This document shows positions 19,882 through 34,672 of a DNA stretch of 64,000 nt, piece after piece. How positions within the stretch are numbered: position 1 is the stretch's first letter; each line of letters starts with the position of its first letter. The stretch covers positions 45,618 to 109,617 of the forward strand of contig CDRNVI010000076.1 in the NCBI GenBank assembly GCA_977017575.1. The letters are read 5' to 3'. A program made the translations under genes and the position numbers. Below the pieces are notes generated by a model. The model searched no databases. It saw nothing but the letters and a program-made list of their open reading frames with translations, and was not told where the DNA came from. This DNA is from Paramoeba atlantica. Lineage: Eukaryota; Protista; Discosea.

Positions 19882-21906
19882 AACCTGGTTGATTCTGCCA
19901 GTAGTCATATGCTTGTTTCAAGGATTAAGCCATGCAAGCCTAAGAGTAACTGAGACAATAGGAGGTCTGCGAACGGCTCATTATATCAGAAATGATCTAC
20001 CGGGAGAATTGCAGTGAAAACTGCTTGAATGGATAACTTCGCGAAAGGCGAAGCTAATACATGTACGTCACGTGACACATTCCATTCAACCACTGCGGGG
20101 AAACCCAAGGTGGGGAATGTGGCTCGCGAATGGTTGGTACAAAGACCGACGCCAGTAATGGCAGTGTCGTAAATTGATGAATCAAACCATTCAGCAAAAG
20201 CGCACCTTTGGTGTGCGAGTCCCGACGAATTTCTGCCCTATCAGCTTTTGACGGTAGTGTAGTGGACTACCGTGGCGATAACGGGTACGGGGAATTAGGG
20301 TTCGATTCCGGAGAGGGAGCCTGAGAAACAGCTACCACTTCTACGGAGGGCAGCAGGCGCGTAAATTGCCCAATGCCAAATTGGTGAGGCAGCGAAGAGA
20401 AATAGCGTCCCCGCCTCTTTGAGTGTGGGGTTCGCAATGGGTGGTACGTAAACCCACCAACGAGTAACAATTGGAGGACAAGTCTGGTGCCAGCACCCGC
20501 GGTAATTCCAGCTCCAATAGCGTATATTAACGTTGTTGCTGTTAAAGGGTTCGTAGTTGAATTCAGAGTGGTGAAAGTTTGCTGCCTCGGCAGCTCTTCC
20601 TCACCACTCTGTCCTAGACGGGGCCGGAGTCTGCGGAAGCGTCCCTTCAGTGGTGACGTGGAAGCGGTTGGCCGAAGAGGCTAACATCCCACATGCAACG
20701 CATGTCGAGACCGCCCGTCGTTATCACTGTGAAGAAAACAGCGTGTTCAAAGCAGCCGCCTGCGGCTGGATGATAAAGCATGGAATGACAAAGCATCGAC
20801 CACTGGGTCAGTCTTTTGTCGGTTTTTACGACCCAACATGGGTAATCGGTTGGCGAAGTGTTAATTTCCGTCACCTTGTGTGATGGAAAGCTTCGTCGAA
20901 CACGGGATCAATGGGGGTTGTCGGGGGAAAACGTATCTGAGCGTGAGAGGTGAAATTCTTAGACCGCTCGGGGACGAACTTATGCGAAGGCATTTTCCAA
21001 GTATACCTTCATCAATCAAGAACTAAAGTGTGGAGATCGAAGATGATTAGATACCATTGTAGTCCACGACTGCAAACGATGACGCCCATGGATCGGATAG
21101 CATTTTGCTCTGATGGGATCTTTTCGGCACTGCTCCCCCTTCAACGCGAAAGCTGAGGCTATGGTCTCATGGGGGAGTACGTTCGCAAGGCTGAAACTTA
21201 AAGAAATTGACGGAATGGCACCACCAGGCGTGGAGTGTGCGGTTTAATTTGACTCAACACGGGGAACCTTACCAGGACAGGACAACGGTAGGATTGACAG
21301 ATTGAGAGTTCTTTCTTAATTCGTTTGACGGTGGTGCATGGCCGCTTTTGGTCGGTGAAGTGATTTGTTTGGTTGATTCCTTTAACGGACGAGACCCAAT
21401 CCGCTTACTAGGGGCACCATCTACCGAAAGGTAAACGGAAGCGAGGGGATTCGTCCCACTCGTCTTCCCAGATAGTGCATCCCCTTCTTCGCGGCATTCC
21501 GTGCGCCTTAGCACGGTGGCATTTTGGGCAACAGCAGGTCCGTGATGCTCCTAAATGTCCTGGGCGACACGCGCACTACAATGACAAAGTGAATGAGTGA
21601 AGCCTTTTTGGTCCTTCTTCGAAAGAAGTGGGGAAACTGAGAAAACTCTGTCGTGCTTGGGATCGAAGCTTGCAATTATTCTTCTTGAACGAGGAATGCC
21701 TAGTAGACGTGCTTCATCAAAGCGCATTGACTACGTCCCTGCCATTTGTACACACCGCCCGTCGTTGTTACCGATGCCAGTTGGATAAAGGTTAACGGAC
21801 TTGCGATCCCTTCGAGGATTGTGGGAAAGTTAACCCATATTTAACTAGTAGAGGAAGCAAAAGTCGTAACAAGGTAGCTGTAGGTGAACCTGCAGCTGGA
21901 TCATTT
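19882..21906 (+). rRNA. 18S rRNA, complete
   Basis: Matches 9043-11067. Confidence 0.98.
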
Positions 21907-22159
21907 CGAAAGTTTTCGAACCTTGAACAACAGGCACACCGTACGGTGCGTCCTAACACAGCCCTCCCGAGTGCTCGTTTGCGCTCGGGGAAGGGAAACC
22001 GTCTGTTCCAAACCCCGTTCGCGGGGTTTGGGGGGACTCTTTTTTTGTTCCTCCTCGTCGACGGCGCAAGCCGTAGACGGCTCAAGGGGGTTTACTCGGC
22101 CCGGTGCTACGCGTGGGGGGGAAACCCCCCACGCGCCCGGATGAAACCGAGTCATGTAT

Positions 22160-22317
22160 AACTTATGACGGTGGATGTCTTGGCTTCCCAATCGATGAAG
22201 GACGCGGCAATATGCGATAATTCGTACGCATTGCAGAATCAAGCGTAGTACTAAACCTTTGAACGCAACATGTGTGCTGGGTCTCGCACTCAAGCACGTC
22301 CACAGTTCAGTGCCGAT
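22160..22317 (+). rRNA. 5.8S rRNA, unit 3
   Basis: Offset 21765 from unit 1. Confidence 0.93.
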
Positions 22318-22389
22318 AACCTTGCTGGGGAACGACACGTGCCCTGAAATCGAATTCCGTTGGTGTCTCACACCAAAGAAACCATTTTC

Positions 22390-23800
22390 AAGGCCTGAGC
22401 TGTGGTCGACCACCCGCTGAACTTAAGCATATCATTAAGCGGAGGAAAAGAAAACAACTGTGATTCCCCTAGTAGCGGCGAGCGAAGAGGGATTAGCCCA
22501 ATCCGAATCGGATCACATCCGAATTGTGGGGTAAGAGGTCTCAGGAAAGCCTGGACACTCGGACAAGTCTTCCTGGAACGGAGCGCCATAGAGGGTGAGA
22601 GCCCCTTGATCCGAGTCCTCCTCAGGCGGGATTAACTTGAGACTTGCGGAGTAGTACTGCTTGGGAATGCAGTGCGAAGGGCAGGTATACCTCTGCCAAG
22701 GCTAAATATCTTGGGAAGACCGATAGCATACAAGTAGCGTGAGCGAAAGATGAAAAGCACTTTGGAGAGAGAGTGAAATAGCACCTGAAGCCGTCATAAG
22801 ATAAGGGATGTACCACTATCCAAGACGTGTGTAGGGCACCTCGGGGGCAACCCCGGGGTGTCTTCCGCACACGTCATGTCTGTCGCTGTTCCCACGCCGA
22901 GCAAGGGGGTTGGTGTGATTTCGCACCTTCGTCACTTTTGTACTCGAGCGTGTGGTTGGGACAGTCTTACCCTTCGGGAGGGATGAAACGGTGGAGATCT
23001 CGGCTGCGGCTCCGTCCTGGGTTTGGAGCGTCTCCCGCCCTCGGGTGGGGGCCTCCGGCTCGGATGGGGTTCGCGGCAGGAGCTCCCGTGTTCGCTCTCC
23101 ACAGACAGACTTTGAGATGGCCATAGGCCACGATGGGGTTCATCCGCCCGTCTTGAAACACGGACCAAGGAGTCTAACAAGTATGCGAGTCATATACTGG
23201 AAAGGTATAAGGCGTACTGAAAGGGAAGCGCGTATGTCCGCGTGAGGTGTCAACCCGTTGTGCGGGGTTATGCCCCGCACCCGGGTGCAACACCGGCCGA
23301 GACTTGGCCATGGGCCGGGTTTTTGAGCCTGAGCATACATGTTGGGACCCGAAAGGTGGTGATCTATGCCTGAACAGGACGAAGCCGAGGGAAACCTGGG
23401 TGGAGGTCCGTAGCGATGTTGACGTGCAAATCACTCGTTGGATTTGGGTATAGGGGCGAAAGACTCATCGAACCACCTAGTAGCTGGTTCACCCCGAAGT
23501 TTCCCTCAGGATAGCTGGTGACAGTAAAGCAGTCGTGTGCGGTAAAGCAAATGATTAGAGGCATTGGCTTCAATTTGATGTCGACCTATTCTCAAACTTT
23601 AAACGTGCACAGCATTTGGCTTGCTTTCATGAAGCCAAAGGTAATGGATGATGTCACCAAGTGGGCCTCTTTCGGTAAGCGGAACAGGCGATGCGGAATG
23701 CTCCGCAAGGGAACTTAAGGCGCCTAAGTGCGGGCTCATAGATACCATGAAGGGTGTTCGTTGATCTAGACAGCAGGACGGTGGCCATGGAAGTCGGAAT

Positions 23801-23834
<34 letters not shown>

Positions 23835-24928
23835 TCAACCAGCCCCGAAAATGGATGGCGCTCAAGCCCGCCGCCGACAGTTCCCCGGAACTGTAACTGT
23901 GGGAGGGCACAAGAAACACAGTTCCGTGTAGGGGTGCGTGGAGGCAAAGCTGCGAAGCCTTTGGCGTGAGCCTGGGTGGAGCTGCCTCTAGTGCAGATCT
24001 TGGTTGTAGTAGCGAATATTCAACTGCGGAAATTCCGCGATATATCGTTGAAGGCTGAAGTGGGGAAGGGTTTCGTGTCAACGGCGATCGGACACGAGTC
24101 ACTCGGTACTAAAGCCAACGTTGGACCGCACTTGTGGAACGGGGTGATGGCCGCCCGGGCGCCGCGTTCGCTCACCTCGTGTGGGCGGGCGTCGATGCCT
24201 GGGAACTCTACGGCTCCACCCAGTTGGCTGAAAGTAAAGCGGGCTTAACATTCCCGCAGCTGACCATGGGAATTTGAGGCGGTAACGCTTTTGAGACGAT
24301 GCTGGTGACAGTGTGGGACGGGCCCGGAAGAGTTCTCTTTTCTTTTGAATGGACTTCCCCCTCCGTTGAGTTCGCGTCGTGCGGTGACGCGGAAGGGGAT
24401 CCAGCAAAGCCATGCATTTGTGCGTGGTAGGGAAACCGTCTCACGCTTCAGAAAAAGCCAGCGGGGTCCTATTTCCTGATGGCAGGCCGTACCCATATCC
24501 GCATCCGGTCCCCAAGCTTAGAAAGCTCTAGCCAATAGAACAAGGTAGTCTAAGGGAAGTCGGCAAATTAGATGCGTATGCTCGCGAGAAGCATTGGCTC
24601 TGAAGGCAAAGCTGTTGGGAGCCGGCAAGTCCCTGGGCTCAAGGTCCTGGCTGACGTGCCCGCGTCGCGTGCTCCGCCCGCCTTGCGTGGGTGGGGCGTG
24701 TGTGCTGCGGTGTCACGCTTGACGGGGCCTCCAGGGACTACGCCGACCCTTCGGGGACGGTGCAGCCGGGCAAACTCTCACAGCGCTGAATTGCTGTTTC
24801 AGAACTGCTTACCAAGGGGAATCCAACTGTATAATTAAAACACAGGCTTGCGACGCAGCCAAGTGCTGTATGACGCAAGCTGATTTCTGCCCAGTGCTCT
24901 GAATGTCAATGTGACGAGATTCACCTAC

Positions 24929-24985
<57 letters not shown>

Positions 24986-25730
24986 TTCTAATTAGAGACG
25001 CGCATGAATGGATTAATGAGATTCCCACTGTCCCTAGCTACCATCTAGCGAACCAACTGCGTCAAGGGAACGGTCTTGAATGATTAAGCGGGGAAAGAAG
25101 ACCCTGTTGAGTTTGACTCCAGTCTCAGTTTGCCGGGCGACATAGGAGGTGTAGTCATAGGTGGGAGGTGCTCGAAAGGGTGCCGGTTCTGAAAAACCAC
25201 TTCTTTTATCGTTGCTCGGCAAATCCAATGATAAGGCAAAGGGAGTTATGTCTTAAGGGGCTTCACGGCTCCCAGGGCATTCGTGCACCGTCCGAGTCCT
25301 ACGGGAAATTCAACGGTGCCAACTCACCTGTTGTAGCTCTAAACCCAGGTGCGGATGTACCAGGGTGAGCCTATGTTTGGAGACAAGACTGAGATGGGGA
25401 GTTTGGCTGGGGCGGCATATCTGCTAAACGACAACGCAGGTGTCCTAAGGCGAGCTCAGTGAGGACAGAAACCTCACGTGGCGCACAAGGGCAAAAGCTC
25501 GCTTGATCTTAGACTTTCAGTACGAGTCTAGAATGTGAAAGCATGGCCAGCGATCCTTTGAGCACGTACATTCAGGTATAATGCCAGAGGTGTCATAAAA
25601 ATTACCACAGGGATAACTGGCTTGTGGCAGCCAAGCGTTCCTAGCGACGTTGCCGTTTGATCCTTCGATGTCGGCTCTTCCTAGCCTTGCGCCGCAGTTG
25701 ACGCAAAGGGTCGGATTGTTCACCCGGATG

Positions 25731-25774
<44 letters not shown>

Positions 25775-26154
25775 TTACCCTACTTAATCAAACATTTCGG
25801 CAGGTTTGCCGAGGGAAATACGAAGTAGTACGAGAGGAACTTTCGTTTCGCCTCCCTAGCAACAGCGGCCCTTTGAAAAGAGGCGCCGCAAGACCACCAG
25901 GCGATGATTAACAGCTGAACGCCTCTTAAGCTGGAAATCAATCCCGAAGCAAACTTGGGCCTTCTAGGCCACTTGGGCGCAAAACGCGAGCGCGAAAACC
26001 ATAATTACTCAAGTAATACGCGCGGTAGTAACCCTACCCCTATGAAAGAGCGGAGCGTCCAATCACACCCGGAACAGACGATTCCTTATGCACGACCTGG
26101 TGTAAGTGTTGGAGGAACCTCGGTTCCGACTCACTGAGCCCGTGTACGTGCCCA
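22390..26154 (+). rRNA. LSU rRNA, unit 3
   Basis: Offset 21765 from unit 1. Confidence 0.95.
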
Positions 26155-28388
26155 TAGGTGCAATTTTGCAATTCAATCTACCTAACAAGGAGTAGGTAAC
26201 AAGGCCTAACTTAGGCAACAACAAGGCAATAGTCTTGACACACACACTCAGATCCCTGCATGGGATCTCACAAACGTGCATTCCATATAAACAACCACAG
26301 GGGTGGTCAATAAAAAAGGACCCCACATTCTCGTCACCAACATCCACGGTGAGTCCTGCACAACCCTCTCTCTTCAAGCTTATACAGCTTCCTCACTATA
26401 TAAATGAAACAGATGTAGAGCACATAGCAGGTGTGCTATGTGTGATCATGTGTTGATACACTCTCACTCCACGGTCAAGTCTCAACAACCTCATGGTTGG
26501 GTCAGACACCCACTCACACGACAACAAAGTCCTTATGCACGACCTGGTGTAAGTGTTGGAGGAACCTCGGTTCCGACTCACTGAGCCCGTGTACGTGCCC
26601 ATAGGTGCAATTTTGCAATTCAATCTACCTAACAAGGAGTAAACAAAGATAACACAAAGGTGTTATGCCTTGATCACAGAGACAAAACCGTCTCGATCAC
26701 AAAGACTCCGCATTACAGTGTGGGGATCTCAGGAACGTGCTTCTCATGTGCACAAGAATGTATGTGTTCCACATGCACGAGAGGTACATAAAGCGCTTCA
26801 TGGTAGTCTCATGGTTGGGTCAGACACCCACTCACACGACAACAAAGTCTTTATGCACGACCTGGTGTAAGTGTTGGAGGAATCTCCTTAACAAAGATAT
26901 AGGAGTAAACAAAGGCCATGTCTTGATCACAAAGACGCTCCGCATTACGGCGTGGGGATCTCAGGAACGTGCTTCTCATGTGCACAAGAACATGTGTGAA
27001 TCAACACACTACCTTCTTACTTAACCTCTTTTACACACAGCTTGGGTCTTACGGCATACACAAGAGTAGGTGCATACGACGCATAAGACAAAAAAATCAG
27101 AATGATCTAGTTGAAAGAACCTCCGTTCCGACTCACTGTACTACCACTTTGTTCCACAGATCGCTCTGTTTTTAACCGGATGGGAGTAGCTTAGTATGAT
27201 TGAAATGGATTGAATGCGTAACGACGCCTCCAATCCCTCCACCGAGGCACGGCATCCACACCGCAGTGAGGATGATGCGTGCGCAAGAGTTAGTACTGTC
27301 TGAGAATAAAAAAATCAACAAGGTACAGAAACTGTATCTCTATCGTTACCGTGTACATGCCTCTAAGTGCAATTTCGCAAATCAACGAAAACAAATGATC
27401 CTTCACAGGGCAGACATACTCATGACTCTGCTTTCAAGGCACTGCAGTCATGAGCTGCAGTCATTTTGGGGGCGAGGTTGTCCAGTGATTGACTGCTCGT
27501 TACACTCGCTTAGCGATGAATTCCGATCCTTCATCCCTTCGTCAAAGTCATCCCACTTCCGATTTACGTCATCTATCTTCCCGGAATACGGGAAATTCGT
27601 TTTTGAGTGGGAATGTTCTATGAGAGAGAAAGCACTGAGTATGGAGAGGAAAGCTAGTGAACAAGAGAGCCAAACTACAAATTTTATAAGTAGTGCACGT
27701 GAATTTGTTCCGTACATCGATAAGTAGCGTACCTGGATAAGTAGCGTGCTTGGGGGCACAGATGGGCGTTGTAGTAGTTTGGATGAGTACTCATCGAAAC
27801 GACCTCTGCACATGGTACTTTGGATGAGTACTTTTCACTATATTACCAACGTCTGACTCTGTAAGGCTAAACTGTGAACGTAGCCCTGGGACACGTGTGC
27901 TTCTCTCTAGATTCGTGGGAAGCAATTTGCGAAGCCCAACTACTTGATAACAAATTTTAGTACCCATTTTGGCCGCGCGGGGGCCCCCGCGTGAGCGGGG
28001 GTGCGCGCGGCCGCGAAACGGCGAGGGCCCGCGTGAGCGGGCCTGAGCCGTACCCCGCGTAGGATTCCCCTGTGCGTCGTTAGTGGGAAGCAATTTGCGA
28101 AGCTCACCGATTTTCGTAGTTTTCTCTACGCAGGCGTTGTCAACGTATGTAGTGAAGTGTAGGATACTGAACGCACGGAAAACGAAAATCAAAAAAAAAT
28201 CTTGGGTGTTCCACAAAAGTCCTTGACTTATGCAAAAGTCCTTGACTTCCACCGGCGCTGAGAACCTATGTCTGCCACTTCCGCAGGATTGTGTATTTTT
28301 GTACTATATTGCATCACCTATAACCTGGCAACAATTTACGTGATTGCTGACTACGGAAGAAAGTACTCATGAGATGCGCCACGGAAGA

Positions 28389-28779
28389 AAGTACTCATCC
28401 AAAGTACCATGTGCAGAGGTCGTTTCAATGAGTACTCATCCAAACTACCATGTGAAGAGGTCGTTTCGATGAGTACTCATCCAAACTACCATGTGAAGAG
28501 GTCGTTTCGATGAGTACTCATCCAAACTACCATGTTAAGAGGTCGTTTCAATGAGTACTCATCCAAACTACCATGTGAAGAGGTCGTTTCAATGAGTACT
28601 CATCCAAACTACCATGTGAAGAGGTCGTTTCAATGAGTACGCATCCAAACTACCATGTGAAGAGGTCGTTTCAATGAGTACTCATCCAAACTACCATGTG
28701 AAGAGGTCGTTTCAATGAGTACTCATCCAAACTACCATGTGAAGAGGTCATTTCGATGAGTACTCATCCAAACTACCAT
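28389..28779. repeat. 41-bp array, unit 3
   Basis: Same as unit 1. Confidence 0.95.
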
Positions 28780-28952
28780 TACAACGCGATTTATGGTAGT
28801 TTGGATGAGTACTTCCATTTTCGTCGGAGGCCGGTGATAGTAGTTTGGATGAGTACTCATCGAAACTACCACAACCCCCTAGGAGGTAATGGTAGTTTGG
28901 ATGAGTACTCATCGGAACTACCACAATCCCCACAGATGCATCGAGCTCCCTC

Positions 28953-29332
28953 TGAAAAAGTGACAGCTGGCCACCCTATGAAAAAGTGGCCACCTGGCCC
29001 CGCTTTGAAAAAGTGGCCACCTGGCCACCCTATGAAAAAGTGGCCACCTGGCCACCCTATAAAAAAGTGGCCACCTGGCCACCCTATGAAAAAGTGGCCA
29101 GCTAGCCCCGCTTTGAAAAAGTGGCCACCTGGCCACCCTATGCGTAACCTGGCCACCCCATAAAAAAGGGGCCACCTGGCCACCCTATCGAAAAGTAGCC
29201 ACCTGGCCACCCTATGAAAAAGTGGCCACCTGGCCACCCTATGAAAAAGTGGCCACCTGGCCGCCCTATGAAAAAGTGGCCACCTGGCCGCCCTATGAAG
29301 AAGTGGCCACCTGGCCACCCTATGAAAAAGTG
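28953..29332. repeat. 27-bp array, unit 3
   Basis: Same as unit 1. Confidence 0.95.
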
Positions 29333-30351
29333 TGGTGTCCGGGTGATAGCCAGGCACGATCCAAAATTTACTGCTTTTAGCCGCGTGCTCCAGGCTATGA
29401 AATCATAGCTTTTGCCGCACTGCACACTTTTTAGGCTGTGCGCACTACGGACGGCACATCGGCCAAGCATCCAATGATCATTTGTTAGTGTGTATGGGTA
29501 TTTACCCTAGTTTCCTAGTGTTTCGTTGTGTTAACACTGGGTAACTCCATACGCGGGAAAGAATCTGTCCTACTTTTTTAGCACCTTGATTTATTGGTGA
29601 CGGGCAGACTCTTTCCGCGGCATTCCTCACACCCTAGTTCTTTGGCGCCTTGTTTTGTTGCCGCCGGGTGCTGGAATTGCTATTTTTGGAGATGAAAAAG
29701 GTCCAAAAAGTTGTTCACCCACTCACTGTAATCCTGTAAGAAACCCCTTTTGTCCTACAAGTGGGGTCGTAGCGCAAGCTTCTCTCGCGAGAGACTTCCC
29801 TATGTCGGTCCTCGTACTCTTTTGAAGCGGGGCTGAGACAATTCACACCGTTGGCGGTGCAGGTGGTGAAAGAGAAAAAATTAGAGATCAGCAATGAGGG
29901 GATTCACGCGGCGACGTAGGCATTGAACAAGGGTTTTCTTTCTCAAAAGTTTCTACAGAAAGTGTGTGTTTCCACTCACGCACCTCACTGGAGACACCCC
30001 ATTAACTGGGTAGCGCGAGACTTGCTAACCAACGCTTAAGTGAATCTCGTGTTGCGTCAGGCTCTGCTTTGCTTGTATTCGCTAAAACTACACTGCTCCG
30101 GATTGTTAGAATTGAAGATTTTTATGCTTTGGTCTCTGCTGGAGATGGGGTAGGATTATCTCTCCCACCTGACACATCCAAAAGGATATCTAGACAACAT
30201 CATCCCGTTCGGTTAATAAGAAAGGGATGCTTAACGAAAAAGTGGTGCTTAGCAAAGAAGGGGTGGGTTGCCTGGAAAAGTAACGTACCTTCTTGGTTTC
30301 CCGAAACGATTTATTCCGTGAGATCCCGATGATTAGTCCTTCCCGAGATGG

Positions 30352-30458
30352 AAAAAGTGGCCACCTGGCCACCCCCCAAAAAAAGTGGCCACCTGGCCAC
30401 CCCCCAAAAAAAGTGGCCACCTGGCCACCCCCCCAAAAAAAGTGGCCACCTGGCCACC
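30352..30458. repeat. 28/29-bp array, unit 3: 4 cores
   Basis: Cores at 30357, 30385, 30413, 30442 (28,28,29). Confidence 0.95.
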
Positions 30459-30719
30459 AAAAACACGGTTTGCATTTTGTATATATAAGATGAAAAAAAT
30501 TTTGGATGGTTCGACCCGTAATTGAAAGTGAGGCGAAAGTGTCCACAAGTCGCAACGCAGCTCACTCGTATGATTGAATACATCTTGTGGCTTCCTAGTA
30601 AGCCGATGTATGCACGATGAGGAACAGAAATACAGTCCCATTGAGATGGGTACTACATTGAACCTTGCAGTTTACTGTGAGGGAACAGATTGAGAGAGGA
30701 ATCACCCTCCCTTTCAAGA

Positions 30720-32744
30720 AACCTGGTTGATTCTGCCAGTAGTCATATGCTTGTTTCAAGGATTAAGCCATGCAAGCCTAAGAGTAACTGAGACAATAGG
30801 AGGTCTGCGAACGGCTCATTATATCAGAAATGATCTACCGGGAGAATTGCAGTGAAAACTGCTTGAATGGATAACTTCGCGAAAGGCGAAGCTAATACAT
30901 GTACGTCACGTGACACATTCCATTCAACCACTGCGGGGAAACCCAAGGTGGGGAATGTGGCTCGCGAATGGTTGGTACAAAGACCGACGCCAGTAATGGC
31001 AGTGTCGTAAATTGATGAATCAAACCATTCAGCAAAAGCGCACCTTTGGTGTGCGAGTCCCGACGAATTTCTGCCCTATCAGCTTTTGACGGTAGTGTAG
31101 TGGACTACCGTGGCGATAACGGGTACGGGGAATTAGGGTTCGATTCCGGAGAGGGAGCCTGAGAAACAGCTACCACTTCTACGGAGGGCAGCAGGCGCGT
31201 AAATTGCCCAATGCCAAATTGGTGAGGCAGCGAAGAGAAATAGCGTCCCCGCCTCTTTGAGTGTGGGGTTCGCAATGGGTGGTACGTAAACCCACCAACG
31301 AGTAACAATTGGAGGACAAGTCTGGTGCCAGCACCCGCGGTAATTCCAGCTCCAATAGCGTATATTAACGTTGTTGCTGTTAAAGGGTTCGTAGTTGAAT
31401 TCAGAGTGGTGAAAGTTTGCTGCCTCGGCAGCTCTTCCTCACCACTCTGTCCTAGACGGGGCCGGAGTCTGCGGAAGCGTCCCTTCAGTGGTGACGTGGA
31501 AGCGGTTGGCCGAAGAGGCTAACATCCCACATGCAACGCATGTCGAGACCGCCCGTCGTTATCACTGTGAAGAAAACAGCGTGTTCAAAGCAGCCGCCTG
31601 CGGCTGGATGATAAAGCATGGAATGACAAAGCATCGACCACTGGGTCAGTCTTTTGTCGGTTTTTACGACCCAACATGGGTAATCGGTTGGCGAAGTGTT
31701 AATTTCCGTCACCTTGTGTGATGGAAAGCTTCGTCGAACACGGGATCAATGGGGGTTGTCGGGGGAAAACGTATCTGAGCGTGAGAGGTGAAATTCTTAG
31801 ACCGCTCGGGGACGAACTTATGCGAAGGCATTTTCCAAGTATACCTTCATCAATCAAGAACTAAAGTGTGGAGATCGAAGATGATTAGATACCATTGTAG
31901 TCCACGACTGCAAACGATGACGCCCATGGATCGGATAGCATTTTGCTCTGATGGGATCTTTTCGGCACTGCTCCCCCTTCAACGCGAAAGCTGAGGCTAT
32001 GGTCTCATGGGGGAGTACGTTCGCAAGGCTGAAACTTAAAGAAATTGACGGAATGGCACCACCAGGCGTGGAGTGTGCGGTTTAATTTGACTCAACACGG
32101 GGAACCTTACCAGGACAGGACAACGGTAGGATTGACAGATTGAGAGTTCTTTCTTAATTCGTTTGACGGTGGTGCATGGCCGCTTTTGGTCGGTGAAGTG
32201 ATTTGTTTGGTTGATTCCTTTAACGGACGAGACCCAATCCGCTTACTAGGGGCACCATCTACCGAAAGGTAAACGGAAGCGAGGGGATTCGTCCCACTCG
32301 TCTTCCCAGATAGTGCATCCCCTTCTTCGCGGCATTCCGTGCGCCTTAGCACGGTGGCATTTTGGGCAACAGCAGGTCCGTGATGCTCCTAAATGTCCTG
32401 GGCGACACGCGCACTACAATGACAAAGTGAATGAGTGAAGCCTTTTTGGTCCTTCTTCGAAAGAAGTGGGGAAACTGAGAAAACTCTGTCGTGCTTGGGA
32501 TCGAAGCTTGCAATTATTCTTCTTGAACGAGGAATGCCTAGTAGACGTGCTTCATCAAAGCGCATTGACTACGTCCCTGCCATTTGTACACACCGCCCGT
32601 CGTTGTTACCGATGCCAGTTGGATAAAGGTTAACGGACTTGCGATCCCTTCGAGGATTGTGGGAAAGTTAACCCATATTTAACTAGTAGAGGAAGCAAAA
32701 GTCGTAACAAGGTAGCTGTAGGTGAACCTGCAGCTGGATCATTT
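30720..32744 (+). rRNA. 18S rRNA, complete
   Basis: Matches 9043-11067. Confidence 0.98.
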
Positions 32745-32997
32745 CGAAAGTTTTCGAACCTTGAACAACAGGCACACCGTACGGTGCGTCCTAACACAGC
32801 CCTCCCGAGTGCTCGTTTGCGCTCGGGGAAGGGAAACCGTCTGTTCCAAACCCCGTTCGCGGGGTTTGGGGGGACTCTTTTTTTGTTCCTCCTCGTCGAC
32901 GGCGCAAGCCGTAGACGGCTCAAGGGGGTTTACTCGGCCCGGTGCTACGCGTGGGGGGGAAACCCCCCACGCGCCCGGATGAAACCGAGTCATGTAT

Positions 32998-33155
32998 AAC
33001 TTATGACGGTGGATGTCTTGGCTTCCCAATCGATGAAGGACGCGGCAATATGCGATAATTCGTACGCATTGCAGAATCAAGCGTAGTACTAAACCTTTGA
33101 ACGCAACATGTGTGCTGGGTCTCGCACTCAAGCACGTCCACAGTTCAGTGCCGAT
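32998..33155 (+). rRNA. 5.8S rRNA, unit 4
   Basis: Offset 32603 from unit 1. Confidence 0.93.
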
Positions 33156-33227
33156 AACCTTGCTGGGGAACGACACGTGCCCTGAAATCGAATTCCGTTG
33201 GTGTCTCACACCAAAGAAACCATTTTC

Positions 33228-34638
33228 AAGGCCTGAGCTGTGGTCGACCACCCGCTGAACTTAAGCATATCATTAAGCGGAGGAAAAGAAAACAACTGTG
33301 ATTCCCCTAGTAGCGGCGAGCGAAGAGGGATTAGCCCAATCCGAATCGGATCACATCCGAATTGTGGGGTAAGAGGTCTCAGGAAAGCCTGGACACTCGG
33401 ACAAGTCTTCCTGGAACGGAGCGCCATAGAGGGTGAGAGCCCCTTGATCCGAGTCCTCCTCAGGCGGGATTAACTTGAGACTTGCGGAGTAGTACTGCTT
33501 GGGAATGCAGTGCGAAGGGCAGGTATACCTCTGCCAAGGCTAAATATCTTGGGAAGACCGATAGCATACAAGTAGCGTGAGCGAAAGATGAAAAGCACTT
33601 TGGAGAGAGAGTGAAATAGCACCTGAAGCCGTCATAAGATAAGGGATGTACCACTATCCAAGACGTGTGTAGGGCACCTCGGGGGCAACCCCGGGGTGTC
33701 TTCCGCACACGTCATGTCTGTCGCTGTTCCCACGCCGAGCAAGGGGGTTGGTGTGATTTCGCACCTTCGTCACTTTTGTACTCGAGCGTGTGGTTGGGAC
33801 AGTCTTACCCTTCGGGAGGGATGAAACGGTGGAGATCTCGGCTGCGGCTCCGTCCTGGGTTTGGAGCGTCTCCCGCCCTCGGGTGGGGGCCTCCGGCTCG
33901 GATGGGGTTCGCGGCAGGAGCTCCCGTGTTCGCTCTCCACAGACAGACTTTGAGATGGCCATAGGCCACGATGGGGTTCATCCGCCCGTCTTGAAACACG
34001 GACCAAGGAGTCTAACAAGTATGCGAGTCATATACTGGAAAGGTATAAGGCGTACTGAAAGGGAAGCGCGTATGTCCGCGTGAGGTGTCAACCCGTTGTG
34101 CGGGGTTATGCCCCGCACCCGGGTGCAACACCGGCCGAGACTTGGCCATGGGCCGGGTTTTTGAGCCTGAGCATACATGTTGGGACCCGAAAGGTGGTGA
34201 TCTATGCCTGAACAGGACGAAGCCGAGGGAAACCTGGGTGGAGGTCCGTAGCGATGTTGACGTGCAAATCACTCGTTGGATTTGGGTATAGGGGCGAAAG
34301 ACTCATCGAACCACCTAGTAGCTGGTTCACCCCGAAGTTTCCCTCAGGATAGCTGGTGACAGTAAAGCAGTCGTGTGCGGTAAAGCAAATGATTAGAGGC
34401 ATTGGCTTCAATTTGATGTCGACCTATTCTCAAACTTTAAACGTGCACAGCATTTGGCTTGCTTTCATGAAGCCAAAGGTAATGGATGATGTCACCAAGT
34501 GGGCCTCTTTCGGTAAGCGGAACAGGCGATGCGGAATGCTCCGCAAGGGAACTTAAGGCGCCTAAGTGCGGGCTCATAGATACCATGAAGGGTGTTCGTT
34601 GATCTAGACAGCAGGACGGTGGCCATGGAAGTCGGAAT

Positions 34639-34672
<34 letters not shown>
